From the NCBI GenBank assembly GCA_964035545.1, contig OZ037771.1:4928990-4992989 (forward strand): a DNA stretch of 64,000 bases, given 5' to 3'. The position numbers and the translations under genes were made by a program. The notes under the pieces are model-generated. The model saw nothing but the letters and a program-made list of their open reading frames with translations. It was not told where the DNA came from and searched no databases. The stretch is from Bugula neritina (taxonomy: Eukaryota; Animalia; Bryozoa). This document shows, piece by piece, positions 38,201-49,800 of the stretch. Position 1 is the stretch's first letter. Each line of letters starts with the position of its first letter.

Positions 38201-39404
38201 TCAGTATATTTTTCTCTCTAGAGAAATGTACTTTTGCCCCTTTTTGTGTGGCGGCGTGGACTGAAAATAGGCTTGTTGGTATTGTTGGTGCTAGCAAAGC
38301 GTCTTTTAGATGAATCTGCTGCTCCATGTTGTTGTCATCAGTAATAGTAAACTGTGCTGTGCCTTTGGCTACAGCCAGCTTGTTTGTTTTGCGACCATCT
38401 GCCATCTCTATGTAGTGGTTCTCAGGCGTGAAGCTCTTATCAAAACTAATGAAGTTGTTCTCATTGTTCACCAGATGACTTGTAGCTCCGCAGTCCACCA
38501 TAAGCAACTGTCCTTCTTGAGATTTATCTTGTGTGGCTATGTTGCATTGGTTTGATGTATTCACAGTGAAGGCATATGTGGCATTTGCAGATGAAATTTC
38601 AGTTTTACTTGTCCTTTTCTTTGTCCTGCAAACTGATTCGATATGTCCAGCTTTCTTGCAGTAGTTACAAAATAGTTTGTGCTTTGAGTAACAATCTTTT
38701 GTAGAATGATTGCTTTTACCACAAGCAGTGCACTGTTTATCACGTTTGCTAGTGGGTTTGAAATTGTCTCTTCCTTTAAATACCATGGCTGTAGATTGAG
38801 AGCACCTTGCCGACTCAGTAAGGTCAAAGTTGGTTAGAGCTGCTTTGAACTCTGATAGGGTTTGGTTTTTGTCAAGTTGCGTATGTACTACAACAAAAGG
38901 CTGGTAGGATGTTGGTAATCCTTTCATAATCATTGCGATCACCAAATTGTCACTAATATTTTCCCCAGCAGACTTGAGGCCTGCTGAGTAGTTCTCAGCA
39001 CGAATCAGGTAATCTGTAATGTCTTCTGTATCATTCATTTTTACAGTTGTAAGTTGTTCATAAAGAGTTAATATTCTAGGCTTTTGTGTACTTGCATAGT
39101 GTTCTTTTAGAATTTTGAATGCTTTTCTTCCATCGTCTTTGGCATCTCTCATCACAAGTTGAAGAGACTTTTCGTCTAAGACTTGTACAAGCTCAGCGTA
39201 AGCTCGCTTATTCTTTTTGTTGAAGTCAGCAGCGTTATCTTCTCCTTCTTCTTTGGGTAGAAGTGCGGTGTGTACTCCTTCATCTTGTGTGTACAAGTAT
39301 GAAGTGAATCTTGTTTCCCAAATTGAGAAATTGTTTGAATCACCATCAAAGAGAAGCCTGTGTTTGAAGCCACTGGGCCCATAACCTGTTGAATGTGTTG
39401 CCAT
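35298..39404 (-). CDS. Copia gag-pol polyprotein (1368 aa)
   Basis: Two CCHC knuckles, protease DCGAT, WHRALGH..CKTC, integrase (HSDLCGP, HTDNGMEY, GKSER), RT (QLDVKGAYL, YGLKQSGRNW, WVDD) and RNase H (GYVDADWG, EAEY). Domain order PR-IN-RT-RH is the copia order. Confidence 0.96.
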   Translation of the reverse strand: MATHSTGYGPSGFKHRLLFDGDSNNFSIWETRFTSYLYTQDEGVHTALLPKEEGEDNAADFNKKNKRAYAELVQVLDEKSLQLVMRDAKDDGRKAFKILKEHYASTQKPRILTLYEQLTTVKMNDTEDITDYLIRAENYSAGLKSAGENISDNLVIAMIMKGLPTSYQPFVVVHTQLDKNQTLSEFKAALTNFDLTESARCSQSTAMVFKGRDNFKPTSKRDKQCTACGKSNHSTKDCYSKHKLFCNYCKKAGHIESVCRTKKRTSKTEISSANATYAFTVNTSNQCNIATQDKSQEGQLLMVDCGATSHLVNNENNFISFDKSFTPENHYIEMADGRKTNKLAVAKGTAQFTITDDNNMEQQIHLKDALLAPTIPTSLFSVHAATQKGAKVHFSREKNILTVDRITFPIMPKGRLYFLKTTHTGDSINTAKSLPDWHRALGHMNTNDIIELEKVTTGMTITGAKLKIACKTCDESKITKQPHKQDDKPELATQPLQRVHSDLCGPITPTARGGQNYIINFIDEFSSMLFTYNIRHKSDATTALKQFIADVAPIGNVKEIHTDNGMEYLGQPFEAVLRERGIKHTTTAPYSSYQNGKSERTWRTIMDTARCLLKDSNLPKTFWSFAADHAKYLRNRSYQRRTGKTAYELFTGTLPDMRKIHNFGSQCTFFSEGNKLKLSDRGQSGIYLGVNTKAQGYLILTPNQKIVTSRNVIPQICGNDAMNVIPQGPAQNSRNGTQNTMPQEPAQICGNDAMNAIPQGPAQNSRNGTQNTMPQEPAQTCGNDAMNVMPQGPALNSRNGTQNTIPQEPAPDPAKATNQPEPRKSERKRKPPTYLQDYDIEDTDYACSLMANIPLSYQEAVNSKDKEAWKKAMDKEINTLRDSNTWSIQPLPEDRTETKGRWVYTLKQGKTPGETQHKARYVAKGFSQIQGVDYDETYSPTTRFTSIRLLLQKAANENMKIHQLDVKGAYLNAPIDKEIYLQQPEGYEETNKQGKLSCRLNKSIYGLKQSGRNWHQTLTTFLKEQGFTPGAGDPCLYSKEDPSDKSANIIILFWVDDILLCCRDDNRITQTKSMMQQKFNMDDRGELSWFLGIDFRRHEDQYTMSQERYIDTLLNTYNMANCNPVYTPAEKDLQLEKATDDEHEHSKDYPYRQVIGSLIYLMTATRPDLAWIIGKLSQHLERPGPAHIAALKRLLRYLKGTKGFNLRFTPNQQELVGYVDADWGGETSTRRSTTGYVFTLGGAPISWNSRRQPTVALSSCEAEYMALAEATKEMLFLQTLCKTFKMKQPNPNTLFTDNLGAIALTKGQPYSHQRSKHIDIRFHIVREQTTIVYQHIRGAENPANVMTKSLPKTNLRIALELLAIKSHA
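36975..37270 (-). repeat. 96-bp x3 in-frame repeat in the copia IN-RT linker
   Basis: GCGTCATTTCCGCAT at 37051, 37147 and 37243. Confidence 0.92.
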
Positions 39405-39660
39405 TGTGTTTAGTATTTATTATGAAATACGTTATTGATTGCTGATTTAAATTATCGAGCAAACTGACTGACTGATTTAATTATTTGATAATAAAATATT
39501 TATTAGAATGAAAAACAGCGTGATGGTTTTGTATAATATAAAACGGAAGAGAAGGGGTAAACAAGTATACAGCGATTCTAGTACAGCAATTAGTTAGTAC
39601 ATTGTCACGTGATTGTTATGAATGTGATTAGCGATAGGATCGCATGATTGTTTCTCAACA
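39387..39660 (-). repeat. 5' LTR of the copia element
   Basis: Direct repeat of 35017-35290; contains the gag ATG at 39404. Confidence 0.95.
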
Positions 39661-40837
39661 CTGGCAAAAAATTTCAATTTTTGGTTTTTCAAAATTTAAC
39701 CTTCATTTACTAGACTTCATGAATGCCGCCAAGTTCCCGGTTTTGTCGCGAGGGGTCACATATTATATCTAATATTATTGTTTAATCAAATTAGTATTGA
39801 AACTAGTTTGAACGATATGAAATTACAGCAAGAAATTTCTTTTTGGTTAACAATCACTACAAATTAAAAATTATTCTCTCATAGAAATTGAAGTTCATGC
39901 CACTTTAGAAAAAATATCATTCCAAAATAAATAGCAAAAACAACATATGCATAGTTTAAAGATAGCTCAATCAATGTACGTATTGCGAAAATGTTAACAC
40001 AGAGTTTTTATCTGATATTTGACATCCATGGCTATCATTTTGTAATGTTATATGTAGTATATATGTTAATAGAATAAAAATGGTTGAAGGTACCCCACCA
40101 GCATCATATAGTCTGACATGAGCTAGCTCCTGGAAGAGTCCTAGACACAACTAATATGGAAACTTGAGCAGCTTCCACTATTGTAATTACTTTGTGTTAA
40201 TTTAATCTGCTTTGCTGTATGTCTTCCCTATCAATTCTTGTTATCCTCATATTCTACTAGGCCTGTATTTATTGCATTAATGCTCTAACATTGTTAGAGC
40301 TACACCTGCTTAACAAGTTAGAGGTTACTTTCAGTACAGTTTTCTATGCCAATAGCTTCAATAGAAGATAAATCCTAAAAGCTTGAGTTTTCAGTTTTCA
40401 TGAGAGCATAACTCCTTCTTACTAAATATTTTAAAGCTCAAAATGTTTTAAAAAAGCTACAACTGCATCATATTATACTGGCAAACTTTTTATTGAAAAC
40501 AGAAAACTGATAAAAAATGCAAAAAGTTTAGTGAATATCAGCCATTGGTCGAATAAAAATATAACATAATTATATAATATGTACAGAAAAAACAATTACA
40601 TTATTTGCATTTATATACCATGGAATGTTCAAATGAGATAACATAATACAACATAGAATGCAAATGTTATATTTGCATAGCAACTGCTACATGCTTTTCC
40701 CGTTTGCAGAAGCACACTTTATTAAGATACCCAAAGTAGCTAGAATATCTATAGAAGTAGCTAAAAATATCTATAGGCGCAGCTACAATGTCACTACTAT
40801 ATCTAAGAATAGAAAAAGTGCGAGTGATAAGAATCTG

Positions 40838-43800
40838 CTACAACAAGACTCCAGTGTTACATTTGAACGCCAATTCTACTAAACTTTCACTGACGGAGTC
40901 ATGGTGGCACACATAGAACTCTCTCCTGGTCGGCCGCAGAAGGCAGCGTCTGAAACAAGCAGCATTAGGAGATAAAGTAAACTAGAAGGGCTACTCAGGG
41001 TGAGAAATGCGGCACAGAGAGATAGGCTGAGTTCACAAATCAGATAACATATTTCAGCAGCAAAAAATGTAGAGGGTAGGAAATGGTAAAGCTATTTATT
41101 TTCTAACTATCAATTTATCCAATAATAGAATAATAAATACTCTGTAATGATGACATATAAATTAGACGGAAATAATATACAAAATAGATACTTTTGTTTT
41201 TTTACCCAGGCCTAATACTTCACCTTAAAGCAATTAGTTTAATCTAAAAACAAGCATAAAATAATCAGAAATGTTTTTTTTAGTTTGTGGAGTATTGGGT
41301 TGTTGTTTAAAAAGAACTCAACAAAATAAAACTGACCCAATGACCCAGTAGCTGTTAGACTTCTTAGAAGGGCTGGCGGACGAGATGGTGAACAAGGCTC
41401 CGTGTTCTTGGACCATCGAGATTTCTGGCTCCTGAAAAAGAACCAGCCTCTAAGCAATGTGAGCAATGAAGATGTCTCGGGTAAATATTTTATAATTACA
41501 AATGTATCGGCACTTTAGCAGCTTTTCAAAGCAAAGGTAACGTAACATCAAACAAGAGTCTAATGTAAAATCATTCATTCAATTGTAAGTTTCATTTTTA
41601 CTTCATGGAAGCGAAATTTTAAATCTAAAACAAATACTTTGAGTTGAAATCAAACCGTAGGGTTGTCCAGAGACATAACTAACCCCTGCATCGAGACTTT
41701 GCTGAAAGAGATCTCTGATACTCATACAAGTAGTATAGAATGTACTGAGTAGTTGCCTGTGTTCCACGGAATCATCTGTCATCAGCTCATTGAGGGTGGG
41801 GCAGACAACCACCCCTAATATTGAATCAAAGCTCATGTAATTGAATAAGGTGTTTCCGTCTCCAGAGGTCAGCCTACAAAGTTCAGATGAAGTAAATATA
41901 GCGGAATTCATTCCTGAGGGTTTGAATAAATTGTTTGTATATCTTTATTAGTTTATCACTTGTATTGGAGTTATGCCTCTGGATTGAGGTCTGAATTGAA
42001 ATGCTGAATTTGAAGACTGCAAAAGAGTGTTAGCATAGGACATCTTCCGAAACTACCAGGAGAGTACATAACTCTAAATAATTAAAAATTAACACATTGT
42101 AAAGAGCTGTTCACAGGATATTTAGACGCACATTCAAAGGGAAGCTAGAAAATGAAAACTTTTAACATAATATGCTGTAATGAAAATACAGAGTTTCATA
42201 AAAATTCAATAATTTAGTCATAAGATTTACGAGTTTAAAAATAATAATGTGTAAATATGATCAATGTAATAATGTAATGTATAACAAAGTATAATAAGTG
42301 ACTTATAGTATAACATGTACTGTATAGTATAACATGTACTGTATGGTATAACATGTACTGTATAGTATAACATGTACTGTATAGTATAACATGTACTGTA
42401 TAGTATAACACGTACTGTATAGTATAACATGTACTGTATAGTATAACACGCACTGTATAGTATAACATGTACTGTATAGTATAACATGTACTGTATACTG
42501 TATAGTATAACATGTACTGTATAGTATAACATGTACTGTATAGTATAACATGTACTGTATAGTATAACATATACTGTATAGTATAACACGTACTGTATGG
42601 TATAACATGTACGGTATAGTATAACACGTATTGTATAGTATAACATGTACTGTATAGTATCACATGTAATGTATAGTATAACATGTACTGTATAGTATAA
42701 CATGTGCTGTATAGTATAAAATTTACTGTATAGTATAACATGTACGGTATAGTATAACACGTACTGTATAGTATAACATGTACTGTATAGTATAACATAT
42801 ACTGTATAGTATAACATGTACTGTATAGTATAACACGTACTGTATAGTATAACACGTATTGTATAGTATAACATGTACTGTATAGTATAACATATACTGT
42901 ATAGTATAACATGTACTGTATAGTATAACATATACTGTATAGTATAACATGTACTGTATAGTATAACATGTACTGTATAGTATAACATGTACTGTATAGT
43001 ATAACATGTACTGTATAGTATAATAGGAATGATTGGCTACAGTAACTCACATGAATGAATTCTCTTTGTATGCAGAGTTAATATTCAAAGCATCAGATGT
43101 GTTTTCCTTCCTAGAATTGAGTTCTGGGTTAGCTATCATACGACTCGTTGACTTAGAAGTCCTGCTGCCACTTTTATACAACTGATTCACGCTGTTGGCT
43201 GACTCGGCACTTCCTGTTGAGGCTAAACTCATATTACGAGAGCGAAGAAAGCCCGGGGTCTCGCTATTGGGAGTAGGGGGCGGGCTGGACCCACTACCAT
43301 ATGATTGAGCATCTACCTCAGCCCCCGGTCTATCTAGTGATGCCATGAATCCCACTGAAATATACAATAATATACATAAGGGAGCAGCTATGGTCTAGGG
43401 GGGTAAAGCCTTTGGAAAATGGTAAACTTGTGCTCATGGGTTTAAACCCTAGTGAAGGCCATTGGTGATGCTAAGAAAGAGCACCCAGTCATAAGAGTTT
43501 CTGTGTCTCATCTGCATAAGTTTTTAGCCGGTTTTAAAGAAAAACCTTTTCATCAGGGGTTTTTCACAGGGATAGTGACTATAAACTTGCGTGAGTTTAC
43601 ATATCGGGATCCATGAAACCAAAAATAATATTCATAATCAAATATACAGTATGATGCTACAACTAGATGCCGCAGTATATAACCAGATTGTAGATATAGT
43701 ACCCTGTAATGTTTTACACAGATAGTGTTTAATTCATTACTCACAGCAAGAAAAACTTTACAGCTTTCTCTTAGCTGGGTGTCAATTCAGAACAGGGATG

Positions 43801-46800
43801 GTATTAGCTCTGGGCTGATAGTATAGGATAGTAATAACAAAGGTAATAAATAATATTATATTTGTAGAATAATAAAGTACAAGCATAATAATAAAATATT
43901 GAATAAATAATAAATATATTCATTACTAACCAGAAGTGGCAGAGCTGTTCAAATCCAGAGACTGCTTTAGTTTGACTTTGTTTGTCCCGGCACTTGCCCT
44001 TCTCATGAAATCTGTAGCAGTTGTACCTGCCTTGCTGAGAATTCCTGTGAGGGTAGCATAGTATGAATTATAGATAGCATAGTATAAAGTATAGAGTTAG
44101 ATTAGTACAAAGTATAGAAATGGAATAGTATAAAGTATAGATAGAATAGTATAAAGTATAGATAGAAGAGTATAAAGTACATATATAGAATAGTATGAAG
44201 TATAGATAGCATAGCATAAAGTATATATATTGAATAGTATGAAGTATAGATAGCATAGTATAAAGTATAGATAGCATAGTATAAAGTATAGATAGCATAG
44301 TATGAAGTATAGAGTGAAAATAGTATGAAGATGGTTTGGGACGTGGGGTGAACCCCTTTCATATTACACAAGTTATATTGAACAATTTCAGACTGCACCT
44401 TTAGCAATAGTAGCGGCAGCGGGTGCTGACTTCACGGGCTGCTGCAAGTTCTCCAGAGAGGTCAGTGGAGGTCGTGAAGATCTCAATTTTGTCTCACAGA
44501 TCGAGCAGAAGTCAAATGTGTCGAGTTTTCTGAGAGTTTGACGCGCTTGGTTGACGAAGAATGTGTCGGCTACAGGGTGGCCCATGGCTCTGTACAGCAT
44601 ATCATATTACAGTATAGTGTGGTGTATTATACTAAAGTACATTGTATTATAGCATACAATTGTAATGGCATTGTAGTGTTATACCATATTATACCACTAT
44701 TATATGTTATAAAATAATTATATGTTGTAGTACTATATTATAATATGCTATTGTTATATATTATACGTCTAGCATATATAATACAATACAACTAATAAAC
44801 ATATAAATTTATTATACAATATGCTAGATTATATATTTTACAAATATTATATACTGAACAAATGTAGATAAAAAAGAATATATTTTACTACTAGTCTAAA
44901 TTATACTAATATTATATATTTAATGAATGTTATAGATTATACTACTATTACATATTATACTATTATATTATATTATAACTTTGTAAATATTATATGTTAT
45001 AATGCTGTAATATATAATATTATGTATTATAATATTGCTATATAATATTGTAATATATTATACGACTTACTTGGCTGCACAACCACCAGCCTCCAGAAGG
45101 ACACTCATCACAGAATGTCTCTGCAAATAAACATAATAACTTTAGTATATTTTATTTATATACTTATATACTCATAAATATACTTACATACTCATATATA
45201 CTTACATGCTCATATATACACTTACATACTCATATATATACTTACATACTCATATATACACTTACATACTCATATATACTTACATGCTCATATATATACC
45301 TACATACTCATATATACTTACATACTCATATATATACTTACATACTCATATATATACTTACATACTCATATATATACTTACATACTCATATATATACTTA
45401 CATACTCATAAATATACTTACATACTCATATATACACTTACATACTCATATATATACTTACATACTCATATATATACTTACATACTCATATATATACCTA
45501 CATACTCATATATACTTACATACTCATATATATACTTACATACTCATATATATACTTACATACTCATATATATACTTACATACTCATATATATACTTACA
45601 TACTCATATATATACTTACATACTCATATATATACTTACATACTCATATATATACTTACATACTCGTATATACTTACATACTCGTATATACTTACATACT
45701 CATATATACTTACATACTCATATATATACTTACATACTCATATATATACTTACATACTCATATATATACCTACATACTCATATATACTTACATACTCATA
45801 TATACACTTACATACTCATATATATACTTACATACTCATATATACACTTACATACTCATATATACTTACATACTCATATATACACTTACATACTCATAAA
45901 TATACTTACATACTCATATATACACTTACATACTCATATATATACCTACATACTCATATATATACTTACATACTCATATATATACCTACATACTCATATA
46001 TACTTACATACTCATATATATACTTACATACTCATATATATACTTACATACTCATATATATACTTACATACTCATATATATACTTACATACTCATAAATA
46101 TACTTACATACTCATATATATACTTACATACTCATATATATACTTACATACTCATATATATACTTACATACTCATATATATACTTACATACTCATATATA
46201 TACTTACATACTCATATATATACTTACATACTCATATATATACTTACATACTCATATATACACTTACATACTCATATATACTTACATACTCATATATACT
46301 TACATACTCATATATACACTTACATACTCATATATACACTTACATACTCATATATATACCTACATACTCATATATATACTTACATACTCATATATACACT
46401 TACATACTCATATATATACTTACATACTCGTATATATACTTACATACTCATATATACACTTACATAGGTGAGAATAGAATACTCAAACATATTTGACTTA
46501 CGTGAGCGACGACCAGCAGAAAACACCTGCCAGTAGCCTCCACATAAAACTGGTTCTCTTCATTCTCAGACTCTGTAGACTGAGAGCTAGCGAAGGGCTG
46601 ACGTCGGGTGGGAAACACCTCCTGCCATATGATGGAGGAGCCAATAGGACTGTGTCTGGTTATAGTGAGTATGTTATAGTGAGCCGTGTAGAGTACTATG
46701 TCCAGCATGTCTTCTGCTGGAAGGTGATTGGCTGCGAGGTAACCCTACAGAGATATCTACAGTTAGTCTTATCATCACCCGCATTACATAAAACTTTCAG

Positions 46801-49800
46801 GTGTTATCTTGATACAAATTGGGAAATGAAGTTAAGAAAAACTACATCCACAATATAAATAAAACATAGATCCTGTTTGAGTGTTTCATACACCCAAGTC
46901 ACAGTATTATACCTGCCACAGGTGTGATATGGTGATATGCAACACCCTGTCACAATATTGCACTTGTGACAGATGTGACAGAGTTAAAGTGACTGACCTT
47001 ATAAAAGAGGCATGTCCCCAATATTGAATACGACCTTCTCATATCATAGAAATCGTCACTCTACAGTAAATATAATATAATATGATACAATATACTGGAA
47101 CTATTATGTCACAGTAAATATGTGTAAATTTATGACAAAATAGATTCAAAGTAAAAAAATGATATATTTACGCTAATGCCTAACTCTTAATTATCGCAAA
47201 GTCTTGGTATCAAGAAAATTCAATGGAAGTCTTATAAACACGCCCAATTAGCAGTTAATGTAATCCACAACTGCAATTTTTTACAACTCACACTTAGAAC
47301 CTGCATCAGCATTAAGTAATCTTTTACAATTTCAATTACTTCAATAATTCCCACTTAGAGTTTACACACAATTAAAAAAATCAGCCATGAAAAGTAGATT
47401 AATACCCAATAGTGATGAATCTTTCCTACTACCCGTACAGGAAATAACAGAGATAGGTGAGATAGATAAGGTGATATGTCAACTAAAAACAGTTCCCACA
47501 ATAAGAAATATGCCATAGTGCAGTCATAGCAGTCTAAACCACCATGAAACTAGTAGTACCTCCCACTATAATATCTGTACACACACCATATCACCAAAAT
47601 CTGCAGCCTCAAATTCACTGAGCACACTGTCAACTTGTATCTTCGCCTCATCAGGGAGTACTATGCAGATGGGGGAGTGGGTCATGGTGTCGTAACATCG
47701 CTCCAGATCACACCTGATGTAATAGTTGCTGTCTAACGGACCTGAGGCTATGTCACGAGATTGCAGTAGCAGCTGGGAAAGCAAAGTGAAGAAGATATTC
47801 ACACGTCCGACATTTTCCTTATCTGAAAGAGCGCTGAAATGAAGAGATGAACAATAGTTTAGTCACACATACGATGTAGTGCAGCGGCTGCGGTTCTGAG
47901 GCTACTGTGTCACAATAGCCTGGGCTCAAGAGTCTAACAAGCCCGACTACATGAGGGAGCAGTAGTACTCATTGCAGAGTACTACATGTTTGCAAAACTT
48001 TCAACTTCAAAACTGTTTATTACTTTTGCTCATACATAAGGAGAGTTAAAATTGCAGTGTTTTCAATCAGAAAACATCAACTCAACGTTTATTTTTATAC
48101 AATTATTAAAGATTTAGTAAGCAGTGTTTCTTAGCAAGTAAAATTTAATATTAAACTTGTAGTAGCGCTTAACAGTAAATAACAAAATAACATATCTGAT
48201 AGTAAATAACATAGATAATAGTAAGTGACATATTTCGTAGTAAGTGACATATTAAATAGTAAGTGATACATTCAATAGTAAGTATTATAATATAGTAGAG
48301 TAGCCTATGTAACATATAATATAATAGTAAGCAACATATATAATAGTAAGTAACATATATAATATTAAGTACAGCAGTACCTGTGTAGGGAAGAGAAGAG
48401 ATAAGACAGAACTCTCGTACAATTCTTCATTACTATCAACAGATGCTGGGCAGTTATCTTAGCAGAGGGAGCAGCAATAACTAGGAGTTGTCTCCCACTC
48501 TGGGTGTAGGCAATGTGCACCAGTTGACCTTGACACATCACATCAGAACTGCAACACATGAGAAGGTAAGAAATGGCTACCATAAAAATTAGTATCTAGA
48601 AAATTCCGAGATTTACGAAAACTTTTTAGCAGTTTTTAGGTTTTATATATTATTAGAGAGTTAGAGGTTGACTGAATGCAAAAATATAAAACGATTGTAA
48701 CTGTACATGCATCAGGCAAACAACTTTCATAAAATAATAAAACACCATCATTGTACAGAAAAACAATTTTCCCAATATAATCGAACAAAATTGTCATTAT
48801 TCTGGTCAAAATAGATTTTGTTTTGCGGACGTTTGCTTTGTAGATAGCTGAGAATCCCGACTTACACTTTAGTTGGGTGACTTGATATATCAGACATAAC
48901 ATTACTGAGCGTGAGAAACATGCCCCTTACTGCTACCAGTTTATTATCCTCTCTATTCTCATGAGGGTAACAATATAGCAAATCATTAGTGCTGGAGTCT
49001 TCACTGCTATCTAAAAACACATTGATGTCTACTACAATCAACCATGAGGTTAATGTTACAGTTTAAAGAATTGCTCTATCTTGTCTAATAAATGGCTATT
49101 TAGGTCAAACACACATAATATTGTGTTTTTATAAGCATGCATTGACAAAAAGCATTTGACCAAAGGTAGAAAAAGTTAGTTGAAATTGAGGGTGTAGATT
49201 GGTAACAGCCAAAACGCCGATTTTGAAATGAGCTGGGAAATGTGACGTAACAGCGACAGCATTCCTGCTGGTCACGTGACTATACAAATGAATAACTATA
49301 AAAATATGACTGTGAGATGTGATCTTTCAGCTCGTAATTTGTATATTTATAGAAGTGCAAATATGAATTATCTCAATCTATAGTTTTTTGACATTTTAAA
49401 TAACATGTATGTGATAACATTAGGCCATATTTTGCTTGTAAACATTAGAAAAAAGCATTGCAAAAACATGCATTCTTTAGGATGAATGCCTGCGATCCGA
49501 TCTAAACTAGGTCAGATTGTGCAATATTACGGGCACACCAAAGCTGACCTATATAGCGCGCTGTAAGCCTAGGGCCACACGGTGCGTATTTTCGCATGCG
49601 AAAATTGAAATCACAAGTAACAAAGGTGTCCACTGTAGCGTCAGTGATGCGTGATAAATAAAGCGCTCATTTTTAAATCGCACTCGCTTTCAATAAAACG
49701 CAATTTACTGAAATGTAGCACTAAAATAAAGAAATTGGGCTCGCTGAATAACTACCAGCCAATTAGGTGACGACGACAGAGACGATTCGCACTTGCGTTG

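Larger units (their letters stand above)
35017..39660 (-). mobile_element. Full-length Ty1/copia LTR retrotransposon
   Basis: 274-bp TG...CA LTRs at 35017-35290 and 39387-39660; 5-bp TSD CTGGC at 35012-35016 and 39661-39665; PBS GGTTATGGGCCCAG next to the 5' LTR; PPT TGAGGGGGCG at 35291-35300; single gag-pol ORF. Confidence 0.97.
27398..39759. mobile_element. Outer TIR DNA transposon with ATAT (or TA) target duplication, Sola1-like; hosts two later insertions
   Basis: Left end ATAT|GTGACCTCCCACCACAAAACAGGGA; right end reverse-complemented ATAT|GTGACCCCTCGCGACAAAACCGGGA (about 20/25 identity). Both ends share a subterminal AACTCGAG. YY1-like AAGATGGCCGCC (~27768) and CGCCATTTT (~34870). Decayed minus-strand exon-like pieces at ~28300-28475 and ~28705-28890. 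An AWWT TSD is the Sola1 signature. Confidence 0.6.

Noticed and set aside
42227-43050. 253-aa and 271-aa repetitive ORFs
   Set aside because: Artefacts of the 19-bp minisatellite.
45206-46471. 421-aa Y/I/L/T/H-rich ORF
   Set aside because: Stop-free frame of an intronic minisatellite, antisense to INTU.
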